32,000 nt of DNA from contig NC_003450.3 of assembly GCF_000011325.1 (NCBI RefSeq), positions 2,250,001 through 2,282,000 of the forward strand. The letters run 5' to 3'. Below, one piece after another: positions 18,299 to 26,878 of the stretch. Origin of the DNA: Corynebacterium glutamicum ATCC 13032. Lineage in GTDB: Bacteria > Actinomycetota > Actinomycetes > Mycobacteriales > Mycobacteriaceae. The notes under the pieces are model-generated. The model ran no database searches, was not told the origin of the DNA, and saw only the letters and a list, made by a program, of their open reading frames with translations. The translations under genes and the position numbers were made by a program. The first letter of the stretch is position 1. Every line of letters begins with the position of its first letter.

Positions 18299-18385
18299 GC
18301 TTTTTATGGTAGTTGACCAGCCGAAAATTAGGTTAATCGAACAGGTCAACGATTAGTTTGAGAAGACTGGCGGTGTGGGAAACCG

Positions 18386-19246
18386 CTAGGAGGGGCGTCG
18401 CAAAGCAACTGCGATGACAACCAGCACAATGCCGACAAGCTCAGCCACCGACAACATTTGGCCCAGCGCAAGCGCTCCCATGAGCGCGGCGCTGATCGGC
18501 AAAATAGCCAGGAGCAGCGCAAAGTAGGATCGCCCGGCCATGCGGAGCACAATCTGGTCAAGGCCATAAGGAATCACCGCCGACAGCACGCCCAAACCAA
18601 GTGCTAATCCGATGACCTCGATTAACGTAAGTTCCGTTGCTCCCAGACCCGGCCACCACCAGATCGCCAACGGCAAAGACAACACTGATGCCCACGTGAA
18701 TCCCACCGCCATGCCGGTTCTACTTGAGGAGGCATCGCCTGCAATGCGGTTTCCCGCGATGATGTACGCAGCCCACAGTAATGCTGCTGCCAGTGCAAAC
18801 ATGACGCCCACGCTGTTGGCCGACCACTGCGCACCGCTAATAATTATCACTCCGATGCCAGCTAAAACCAACGCAGCCCAATCCCGCAGCGTCTTACTGC
18901 CCAACGCGGCCACTGCAATAGGTCCCAAGAACTCAATGGCCACCGCGGTACCCATCGGAATGCGGGCGATCGCCTCATAGAACGTGATGTTCATGGCAAG
19001 CGTGGAAACGCCATACACCGCCGCATAAAACCCGGTCTGCCCAATAAAATTTCGCACTGCAGGCCGATACAGCACAAGCAAAATCACCGCAGCCGCTGCT
19101 ACTCGCATCCACGCAACCAACGCGGGTGGGAAACTCTCAAACAGCCCCACCGCCAACGCTGCTCCGGCATAAAGGGACACGCCGTTAACCACCATCAAAA
19201 TGGGGGCAAGCACCGGGTTTCGCGTCTTCAAGCCAGCATCATTCAC
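18386..19246 (-). CDS. EamA/DMT superfamily transporter (10 TM)
   Basis: The 286-aa protein has two EamA-like halves and is hydrophobic throughout. It starts 11 nt after the MerR-family gene stop. Confidence 0.85.
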   Translation of the reverse strand: MNDAGLKTRNPVLAPILMVVNGVSLYAGAALAVGLFESFPPALVAWMRVAAAAVILLVLYRPAVRNFIGQTGFYAAVYGVSTLAMNITFYEAIARIPMGTAVAIEFLGPIAVAALGSKTLRDWAALVLAGIGVIIISGAQWSANSVGVMFALAAALLWAAYIIAGNRIAGDASSSRTGMAVGFTWASVLSLPLAIWWWPGLGATELTLIEVIGLALGLGVLSAVIPYGLDQIVLRMAGRSYFALLLAILPISAALMGALALGQMLSVAELVGIVLVVIAVALRRPS

Positions 19247-19257
19247 ATCACGACACC

Positions 19258-20262
19258 TTACTTCAGCCCCTTGGCTTTGATAATCGCAGCCGCAGTAAAA
19301 GCAACCGTCGGATTGTCATCATCAACTAGCTGCTCAACCAAAAACGCCACAGGCGCAAGATTAAACTCCGCCAACGCTTGCGCAATCCGACCACGCGTCG
19401 GGGACATTGTTTCCTCATCATCCAGCGTCCGCGCAAATTTCTTGAACACATCTAACTGCACGGGCTCCCCAAATCCGGCAAGCAATTCGGCTGCCTCCAC
19501 GTCCCGAAGACCGGTGAGAACCATGGACACGAGCTGCTCAACTGCACTCTCATCGCCTGATTTTCCCAACGCCAACGCAGTTTCAGCACGCACGAGAGCA
19601 TCGGGATCGCGAATCATTGGCCGTAGCCACTCTACTCGATCCGCAACAGCACTCGGCGCGCTCGCCACAATCCTTACAGCCCGCAGCCGCACCGCCGCAT
19701 CCCTTGAGCGCAAACCTCGTGCCGCCAATGCAACAGCTTCCTCACCACGCTGCACAACCGCCCACGACAGCGCCCCCTCCGCGTTCAAATGCGACTCACC
19801 GAGCGCCGATTCCACCAAGGTTTCTAGCGCAACTGCTTCTTTACCAGAGACAGAGTCATAGGCCACGGCTTGACGTTGCGCCGGATCCCCCGATCGCAGG
19901 CGACGTAAAATCTGCACCGCATCCAACGCCGATTCCCAATCCGAGGCCTGCGCATGACGCACCGCTTTCAGCCTGGCAAGCAACTCCCGTTCCATAGAAA
20001 TCCGCGCAGAAGTCTCAGCAATCATCTCGGAAATGACTGCCTGAGGATCAAAGTCTGGATCCTCAAGCGCGTCTCCAACCTGCTTCAAACTAAGACCCAA
20101 GCTGCGCAAACCTTCGATATGGAAAATCCTGCGCACATCGCCTTCTGAGTATTCCCGATACCCCGCCGTCGACTGCTTCGGCTCGACCAAACCCAGCTTT
20201 TCGTAGTGCCGCAACATGCGCGCACTCACCCCACTGAGCTTGGACACCTCACCGATCAGCAT
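19258..20262 (-). CDS. MerR-family transcriptional regulator with a C-terminal HEAT-like repeat domain
   Basis: The N-terminus MLIGEVSKLSGVSARMLRHYEKLGLVEP...YREYSEGDVRRIFHIEGLRSLGLSL is a canonical MerR wHTH. The C-terminal ~200 aa contains repeated D-x-x-VR-x-x-A-x-x-AL units (DAAVRLRAVRIVAS, DPDALVRAETALALGKSGD, DDNPTVAFTAAAII). Confidence 0.82.
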   Translation of the reverse strand: MLIGEVSKLSGVSARMLRHYEKLGLVEPKQSTAGYREYSEGDVRRIFHIEGLRSLGLSLKQVGDALEDPDFDPQAVISEMIAETSARISMERELLARLKAVRHAQASDWESALDAVQILRRLRSGDPAQRQAVAYDSVSGKEAVALETLVESALGESHLNAEGALSWAVVQRGEEAVALAARGLRSRDAAVRLRAVRIVASAPSAVADRVEWLRPMIRDPDALVRAETALALGKSGDESAVEQLVSMVLTGLRDVEAAELLAGFGEPVQLDVFKKFARTLDDEETMSPTRGRIAQALAEFNLAPVAFLVEQLVDDDNPTVAFTAAAIIKAKGLK

Positions 20263-20885
20263 GCACCCATATTATCCACGCGCCGCGCTTCCTCCAGATC
20301 AGCCATGAAATCGGAGTCCGGATCCGCAATGAGCTTGGCGGTGGCCACCGCGTGCGCGCTCGTTAAAGCGCCTAGAAGCACGCTTATCGACGCCTCCCTC
20401 CCCTCCAATTCCGCCATCGCCCGACTTAAACTCCGCTGAATTTCAGGCGTTCCTTTATCCAATTCTTGGAGCAATTGGTGCGCCAACCATGCGGTCTGAT
20501 CATCTGGGACCAGTCCCACAAAGGTTCGCCACGCAGTTTGGGCGGTGTCCTCCCGGTGCAAAAGCCAAGGCCGTGCTTGCAATTCCTGCCACGACTGCGC
20601 GACCCTTAACTTGGAGAGTGTGTGGAGTGCTTGACTTGCACCGAATGGTCGATCAGGTACCTCAGAATCCAAATCAGCGACCAGTGAGGTAAACACGTCA
20701 TCAACTGGCATGCGGGTGAGCGCCCACGTGATCATGTCGCGCACAAAGAAGTCTTCTTCTACCCCACTGCGGTACAAAAGAATATCGATCGCAGTGGTGT
20801 CCTCAGCAGTTCCTGCGGCCAACGCTGCTTGTAAACGGATAGATGCATTTGAATGTTCGAAGTTGTCCATGGCACTTATGTTCAT
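20256..20885 (-). CDS. HEAT-like repeat protein of unknown function
   Basis: The 209-aa protein has units such as NASIRLQAALAAGT and DFFVRDMITWALTR. Its stop overlaps the MerR gene start by 7 nt (ATGCTGA). An alternative in-frame ATG lies 15 nt downstream at 20870. Confidence 0.65.
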   Translation of the reverse strand: MNISAMDNFEHSNASIRLQAALAAGTAEDTTAIDILLYRSGVEEDFFVRDMITWALTRMPVDDVFTSLVADLDSEVPDRPFGASQALHTLSKLRVAQSWQELQARPWLLHREDTAQTAWRTFVGLVPDDQTAWLAHQLLQELDKGTPEIQRSLSRAMAELEGREASISVLLGALTSAHAVATAKLIADPDSDFMADLEEARRVDNMGAC

Positions 20886-20892
20886 GGCACTT

Positions 20893-20923
20893 ATTCAATG
20901 CCTTGACACAGTGACAAGGTCAA
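20893..20923 (-). promoter_or_regulatory. MerR-type promoter/operator: -35 TTGACC, 19-bp spacer holding a 19-bp dyad, -10 TTGAAT
   Basis: The minus strand reads TTGACC-TTGTCACTGTGTCAAGGCA-TTGAAT-AAGTGCC-ATG. The dyad CCTTGTCAC-T-GTGTCAAGG (20901-20919) matches in 8 of 9 positions per arm. The ATG lies 7 nt after the -10, so the transcript is possibly leaderless. Confidence 0.55.
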
Positions 20924-20934
20924 TATCTGGGCAT

Positions 20935-20969
20935 GAGAAAACCCGCCACACCGATGTGCAGCGGGCTTT
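20935..20969 (-). terminator. Intrinsic terminator of ileS
   Basis: The minus strand reads AAAGCCCGC-TG-CACA-TCGG-TGTG-GCGGG followed by TTTTCTC. It starts 17 nt after the ileS stop. Confidence 0.75.
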
Positions 20970-20985
20970 CTCAACAAAACAACTC

Positions 20986-23900
20986 TTAGTTCTTAGTAAC
21001 CTTCGCGGTCACACCAGCGACAATGTCGTGGGTTTCGCCGTCGAGGGCATCAGTGACGATCTCAAAGGAGGTTGCCAAAACTTCCGCTGCGATGTGATCA
21101 GCGTGAGTGGTGATCCATTCCTTCTTGTCCTCAGGAACGCTGACGACAACAGAAATGCGGTCAGAAACCTCAAAGCCGGAGTTCTTTCGAGCATCCTGCA
21201 GGCCACGGATCGCGTCCGCTGCCCAGCCTTCTGCTTCAAGTTCTTCCGTGACTTCCATGTCCAGAACCACGAGTCCATCCACGCCGTCGATCTGCGCGGT
21301 GGAATCAGGGTTTGCTGCTACGAGACGCTCGGTGAATTCACCCTCGTTGAGCTCGATGCCATCGGCAACAACGACGTCGCCTTCGCGGGTGTAGTTGCCA
21401 GCCTTCACAGCCTTGATCACGCGCTGGACGTCCTTGCCCAAGCGAGGACCTGCAACCTTAGCGTTAACAACAACCTCGAAGGTTCCCACGGAATCCACGT
21501 CAGAGGTCAGATCCACGTTCTTCACGTTGACCTCATCGCGGATGATCGAAGCGAAGTCTGCCAGGCGAGCAGAGTCTGGAAGAGCAACAGTCAGGCCTGG
21601 AAGTGGCAGACGGTTACGCAGCTTGTGAGCCTTACGAACAGAGGAAGCCGCAGAGCACACGCCACGGATCTCATCCATGGTGCGAACCAAATCAGCATCT
21701 GCTGGGAAAGACTCAGCGGATGGGAAATCAGTCAGGTGCACAGAACGCTCGCCGGTCAGTCCACGCCAGATCACTTCGGTGGTCATTGGCAGCAGTGGAG
21801 CTGCCACGCGGGTGAGGGTTTCCAGCACGGTGTACAAGGTGTTGAAAGCCTCTGGGTGTGCTTCATCACCAGCCCAGAAACGGTCGCGGGAACGACGCAC
21901 GTACCAGTTGGTCAACGCATCACAGAAGTTACGAACCAAGTCGCAAGCCTTTGCAATGTCAGTGCCGTCGAGTGCCGCCTGGGTCTCTGCCACCAAATCG
22001 TGCAGCTTCGCCAGGATGTAGCGGTCCAGCACGTCAGTGGAGTCGACTGACCAGGTTGCGTTCTTGGAGGTGTACAGCTGCAGGAAGGAGTATGCGTTCC
22101 ACATTGGAAGCTGTGCTTGGCGCACACCTTCGCGGATGCCCTTTTCGGTGACAATCAAGTTGCCGCCGCGCAGGATTGGGGAACTCATGAGGAACCAACG
22201 CATGGCGTCGGAACCGTCGCGGTCGAAGACCTCGTTGACGTTCGGGTAGTTGCCCTTGGACTTGGACATCTTCAGTCCGTCATCACCCAAGACGATGCCG
22301 TGTGCGACAACCTTCTTGAAAGCTGGGCGGTCAAACAGTGCGGTGGACAGCACGTGCAGCAGGTAGAACCAACCGCGGGTCTGACCGATGTACTCCACGA
22401 TGAAGTCTGCTGGTGCGTGGGTATCAAACCATTCTTTGTTCTCGAATGGGTAGTGCACCTGGGCAAACGGCATGGAACCGGAGTCGAACCACACGTCCAA
22501 AACATCGGTGACGCGTCGCATGGTGGACTTGCCGGTTGGATCGTCTGGGTTTGGACGAGTTAGTTCATCGATGTCTGGACGGTGCAGGGACTTTGGACGC
22601 ACGCCAAAGTCAGCCTCAAGCTCATCGAGGGAACCATAAACATCAACGCGTGGGTATTCGTCGTTGTCGGAGACCCATGCTGGAATTGGTGAACCCCAGT
22701 AACGGGAACGGGAGATGTTCCAGTCGCGGGCACCTTCTAGCCACTTGCCGAACTGGCCGTCGCGGATGTGCGCTGGCATCCACTCGATGTCCTGGTTGAC
22801 CTCAACCATGCGGTCGCGGATTTCGGTGACATTCACAAACCAAGATGGCAGAGCCATGTAGATCAGTGGCTCACCGGAACGCCAAGAGTGTGGGTAGGAG
22901 TGTTCGATGGTCTGGTGGCGAACCACGCGACCTGCAGCCTTCAAGTCCTTGATGATGTCCTTGTTGGCATCGAAAACAAGCTGACCTTGGTATTCAGGAA
23001 CCAAACCGGTGAACTTGCCGTCGATGTCCACTGGGATGACTGGCTCAATGCCGGCAGCGTTACAGGTGTTCATATCGTCTTCACCGAAAGCTGGTGCCTG
23101 GTGGACGATACCGGTGCCGTCTTCGGTGGTGACGTACTCTGCACCGAGGATCTGGAATCCGTTCGCGTGATCGCGGAAATATCCAAAGATTGGCTCGTAG
23201 GTCAGTCCGACCAGTTCAGAGCCTGGGTGCTCAGAAACGATAACAGCCTCAGCACCGAGTTCCTTGGCGTAGGAACCAACGAGGTCCTTAGCCAAAAGCA
23301 CACGCTTGCCGACGAATTCTGCCTCACCGTCTTCAGCAACCTCAACCAATGCGTAGGTCACCGCTGGGTTCACAGCCAACGCAAGGTTGGATGGAAGGGT
23401 CCACGGGGTAGTCGTCCACGCAAGAGCCAACGCTCCCACCAGGCCAGCGTTTGCAGAAGAACCTTCGACGACACCGGTGACTGGGAACGTGACGGTCAGG
23501 GTTGGATCCTGGCGCAGCTTGTAGGAGTCATCCAGTCGGGTTTCCTGGTTGGACAGTGGGGTGTGCTCTGCCCAGGAGTAAGGAAGAACGCGGAAACCCT
23601 GGTAGATCAGGCCCTTGTCGTAGAGTTCCTTGAACGCCCAGATCACGGACTCCATGAAAGAAAGGTCCATGGTCTTGTAGCCGTTTTCAAAGTCCACCCA
23701 ACGAGCCTGGCGGGTGACGTACTCTTCCCATTCCTTGGTGTACTGCAACACGGAGGTTGCACAGTACTCGTTGAACTTGGCAAGACCCATGGCCTCGATC
23801 TCGCCCTTGTCCTTGATGCCGAGCTGCTTTTCAGCCTCAAGTTCAGCTGGCAGACCGTGGGTATCCCAACCGAAGACACGAGGAACGCGGTAGCCACGCA

Positions 23901-24150
23901 TGGTCTGGTAGCGAGGAACAATGTCCTTGACGTAACCAGTCAGTAGGTGGCCGTAGTGTGGCAGACCGTTTGCAAAAGGAGGGCCATCGTAAAAGACGTA
24001 GTCTTCAGCACCATCGCGCTGATCGATGCTGGCCTGGAAGGTGTCATCCTTCTTCCAGTAGCTCAGTACATTCTCTTCCATCTCTGGAAATCTGGATGAC
24101 CCACCAGATAAATCAACCTGTGGGTAAACTCCGCCAACGGCTTCAGACAT
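20986..24150 (-). CDS. ileS: Isoleucyl-tRNA synthetase
   Basis: The class I motifs [13 protein letters not shown] (HIGH) and KMSKSKGN (KMSKS) are present, along with the large editing insertion. The start is taken at the ATG at 24150 (MSEAVGG...). The track ORF starts at an upstream TTG (24177) that lies inside the leader RNA structure. Confidence 0.97.
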
Positions 24151-24424
24151 GTGTGTTCGGTCCCATCCTTCACGCAAGTAACAATAATTATCGTTCTACC
24201 TGCGGGGACGCCCTAAAAAACGGACGCGGTACCACCCAGCTTGAGCTAAATTAACTAGCTCCACTTCGTTGACACAAAAGGTCTTTCACGGTCCCACCCG
24301 TTCGGTTCTACTAGGCATTTCCCACTAAGGGAAGGTGCCGTTCTTCCGAAAAGCTCCCCGGTGATTGCCGGATCATAACCTCCGCCACAACGAGTGAAAA
24401 GATTGCTACAACCGTTGCGCGACT
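24151..24424 (-). promoter_or_regulatory. T-box riboswitch leader of ileS (translational type, as described for Actinobacteria)
   Basis: The minus strand contains the T-box core GCTGGGTGGTACCGCG (24225-24240). The segment CGCAGGTA (24197-24204) can pair with UACCGCG of the T-box. Alternatively it can pair with TACTTGCG (24173-24180), immediately 5' of the SD GAAGGA. No U-tract follows that hairpin. A candidate Ile specifier, AUC-A, sits at 24363-24365. Confidence 0.8.
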
Positions 24425-24431
24425 GTGGACT

Positions 24432-24460
24432 ATTATAGCGCACCTTAGAAAATCCAAAAG
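24432..24460 (-). promoter_or_regulatory. Putative ileS promoter
   Basis: The minus strand reads TTTTGGATTTTCTAAGGTGCGCTATAATAG. It has a perfect TATAAT (24432-24437) with an extended TGnGn context and a weak -35-like TTTTGG/TTGGAT. Confidence 0.6.
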
Positions 24461-24470
24461 TCGTGCAGTC

Positions 24471-24689
24471 TCAGTGGGCTTTACGCTTGTTCCACATGTC
24501 TATGCCAAAACATATAAGTCCAGCTACCACGACGATAATCAGCAACACCGTCCACGTATGGGAGGGTTCGATCACGGTGATGACCAACAGAATAAAACCG
24601 ACAAGAGACAAAATTATTGCGGCGAAGAACACCAGAGTCACAGTTCCTTGGAGTGCGATATGGACGATGTTGGAATGAAAGCCGAACAA
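24471..24689 (-). CDS. Small hypothetical membrane protein (two TM helices)
   Basis: The hydrophobic helices are LVFFAAIILSLVGFILLVITVI and WTVLLIIVVVAGLICFGI, with a basic tail NKRKAH. The start is uncertain. The track start is a TTG inside the divIVA terminator tail, and a GTG at codon 17 is preceded by AAGGA. No homology support is available to me. Confidence 0.45.
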   Translation of the reverse strand: MFGFHSNIVHIALQGTVTLVFFAAIILSLVGFILLVITVIEPSHTWTVLLIIVVVAGLICFGIDMWNKRKAH

Positions 24690-24737
24690 AAAGCTCCCGG
24701 ATCCGGATGCTTACGCATATAGTCCGGACCCGGGAGC
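24686..24737 (-). terminator. Intrinsic terminator of divIVA
   Basis: The minus strand reads GCTCCCGG-G-TCCGGA, a 15-nt loop, then TCCGGA-T-CCGGGAGC, followed by TTTTTGTT. This is a 14-bp stem plus a G-T wobble. Confidence 0.8.
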
Positions 24738-24764
24738 CGGGTGAAAGATAACTAATCTTTCTTT

Positions 24765-25862
24765 TTACTCACCAGATGGCTTGTTGTTGGTTGGTGCAGA
24801 GGAGCCACGTGCGTTGAGTTCTTCCAGCTGGCCCTCGAGGAGGGACTTCAGACGGGTGCGGTACTCACGCTCGAAGGTCTGCAGTTCCGCGATGCGGGTC
24901 TCCAGAGCATTCTGCTGTTCCTTGACTGCAGCCATGGTTTCGGTGTGCTTGCGCTCTGCGTCTGCCTGGAGGGCGTTTGCCTTGTCCTCGGCTTGACGGA
25001 TCTGAGCTTCTGCACGAGAGGTGGATGCGGCCAGGGTGGCTGCGGACTTCTTCTCGGCTTCGGAAACCAGGTTCTTAGCCTTAGCGTCAGCTTCGTTGAC
25101 CAGAGTGTCAGCGCGGTTCTGCGCTTCAGCGATCTGCTTCTCAGCGTTTGCGCGAGCATCTTCCAGAGTGCGGTTGGAGGTGCTGTTTGCTTCCTCGATC
25201 TGCTTCTCTGCTGCTTCGCGAGCCTCGTCCAGCATGGACTTGGATTCGGAGCGAGCCTCTGAGGTCAGGCGGTCTGCCATTTCCTGTGCGAGTCCCAGAA
25301 CCTTCGCTGCCTGCATGTGGGTGTCCACATTTGCAGCACCTGTAGCAACTGCTGCTCCGGTGCCAGCGCCGACAGCGCCAACCGCTGCTGCCTTAGTGGT
25401 GCTGGAGGATGCTGCTGACTTAGCTTCAGCCTTGGCCTTTTCAGCTTCGTCGCGAGCTGCCTTTGCGTCAGCTTGTGCACGCTGTAGCTGATCTTGAGCG
25501 GACTTCGCATCGTTTTGAGCCTTCTGAGCGGCCTTGGAGGCATCATCGAGCTTGGATGCGTATTCGGAGCGCAGCTTCTCTTCGATTTCCTTGCGCAGCG
25601 CTGCCTCGTCAACAGACTTGGAAGCTGCAGCTGTGGCTGCACCTGCAGTTGAGGAACTAGCAGCGGAAGAAGTACCACCGGCAACCTGCGCCTCTAGCTC
25701 TTCGACCTGCTGCTTTAGGTCTTCGTTTTCCTCTTGGAACTGAACGAGGGCGTCCTCAACGAGATCTAGGAACTGATCAACCTCGTCTTCGTTGTAGCCA
25801 CGCTTGCCGATAGGCGGCTTATTAAAAGCGACGTTATGCACATCAGCTGGAGTCAACGGCAT
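24765..25862 (-). CDS. divIVA: Polar growth/cell division protein DivIVA (Wag31)
   Basis: The N-terminus [35 protein letters not shown] is the conserved DivIVA lipid-binding domain. Long coiled-coil A/E/K-rich regions follow. Confidence 0.95.
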   Translation of the reverse strand: MPLTPADVHNVAFNKPPIGKRGYNEDEVDQFLDLVEDALVQFQEENEDLKQQVEELEAQVAGGTSSAASSSTAGAATAAASKSVDEAALRKEIEEKLRSEYASKLDDASKAAQKAQNDAKSAQDQLQRAQADAKAARDEAEKAKAEAKSAASSSTTKAAAVGAVGAGTGAAVATGAANVDTHMQAAKVLGLAQEMADRLTSEARSESKSMLDEAREAAEKQIEEANSTSNRTLEDARANAEKQIAEAQNRADTLVNEADAKAKNLVSEAEKKSAATLAASTSRAEAQIRQAEDKANALQADAERKHTETMAAVKEQQNALETRIAELQTFEREYRTRLKSLLEGQLEELNARGSSAPTNNKPSGE

Positions 25863-26285
25863 TTGCGGATTCCCTTCGATTTAACGGTGGCCCCAGGCAG
25901 GGCCGGGACTCAGCCACAAGAATCTCTCATGACTGGAATTTCCATTTATCATACTGTTCTTCACGTGCCATTGTAGCCAGCAGTTATTTTTTATCTGACA
26001 TACGCGCCGAAAACTCCAAAGAGAATTCAAAAATCCTGCACACTTTCAAGGCCACAAGGACCCCAAAAGCTTCATGCCAATGACAGTGAAGGGAACGTGG
26101 CCAACCCTACCCGTCAGGGTTACAGATTTGTGATTTGAATTGCGTGTTTACAAAACTTTGCACCCCCAATGATGCAACTTAAACCACGCTCACCTATATC
26201 AATTCGTTACCGTTGTTATCCTTGTCACAATTCCAAAGAGCACGCTTTTCGACGCCCGGTTGCGGGTGTGCGCGAAGGGGGTAAA

Positions 26286-26326
26286 AGCCCGAAAATCCCG
26301 CATGCCTAACGGCATCCGGGATTTTT
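26286..26326 (-). terminator. Bidirectional-looking intrinsic terminator after yggT
   Basis: AATCCCG-c-ATGCC-TAAC-GGCAT-c-CGGGATT is flanked by A-runs on one side and T-runs on the other. On the minus strand it is followed by TTTTCGGGCTTTT. Confidence 0.75.
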
Positions 26327-26350
26327 CTCCAGAGGTGTTTTTAGGGTCTT

Positions 26351-26638
26351 TTAAGCCAAAACCAGAACTACCGACCGCAGGATCGAAAGGATGAAAAAGA
26401 GCACAAGGACGGAAAGATCAAGGCGCACATTACCTAGCGGCAGCGGTGGAATGACCCGGCGAAGCAGTTTCACCGGTGGATCGGTGACCATGAAAACTGG
26501 CTCGGCAATGTAGTAGAACCACTTTGGTGGCGTGAACGATCTAGAAAATGACTGGATCATCTCGATCACGATGCGTGCCACAAGCACCCATGTGTAAATA
26601 CCGATGAGCCAGGCGATCAATATTGCAATGTTACCCAC
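26351..26638 (-). CDS. yggT: YggT family membrane protein
   Basis: The 95-aa protein has a GTG start, two TM segments, and the typical position after sepF in the Gram-positive dcw tail. Confidence 0.82.
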   Translation of the reverse strand: MGNIAILIAWLIGIYTWVLVARIVIEMIQSFSRSFTPPKWFYYIAEPVFMVTDPPVKLLRRVIPPLPLGNVRLDLSVLVLFFILSILRSVVLVLA

Positions 26639-26721
26639 GAGGAAACAGCCTAACTGAAGTGTTGAGAAGATGAAATTAACTGGAAACGATCACGAAGATC
26701 ATCGACACCTTCATGATAGAC

Positions 26722-26772
26722 GCAAAAACCCGCCCCAGACCTTGGAAAAGAGCCGTAGAGGTCTGTGACGGG
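26722..26772 (-). terminator. Terminator-like hairpin between sepF and yggT
   Basis: The minus strand reads CCCGTCACAGACC, an 18-nt loop, then GGTCTGGGGCGGG, followed by TTTTTGCG. The 13-bp stem has one wobble and one mismatch. Confidence 0.5.
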
Positions 26773-26878
26773 CTGAGGGATTACCCCTTAAAGATTTCCG
26801 ATCACGCTGCACATGTGGCGATGGTGTTAGACACTCATCGCTGTAGTGACCCGGTAAATCCACACCACGAGGGTGTGT

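Noticed and set aside
20710-23946. Long plus-strand ORFs (446 aa at 20710-22050, 392 aa at 22768-23946, plus several shorter ones) lie opposite ileS.
   Set aside because: They are antisense to an unmistakable ileS reading frame. Their composition is biased (R/G/V/H-rich, typical of reverse-frame GC-rich genes) and they carry no recognisable motifs. They are shadow ORFs.
24150-24177. The track offers an upstream TTG start for ileS (MREGWDRTH...).
   Set aside because: The extra 9 codons overlap the SD and sequestrator region of the T-box leader. The ATG at 24150 gives the conserved MSEAVGG... N-terminus.
24781-25743. Multiple alternative-frame ORFs on both strands lie inside divIVA (for example 103, 139 and 156 aa).
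   Set aside because: They are a by-product of the low-complexity, GC-rich Ala/Glu/Lys coiled-coil coding sequence. The DivIVA frame is unambiguous.
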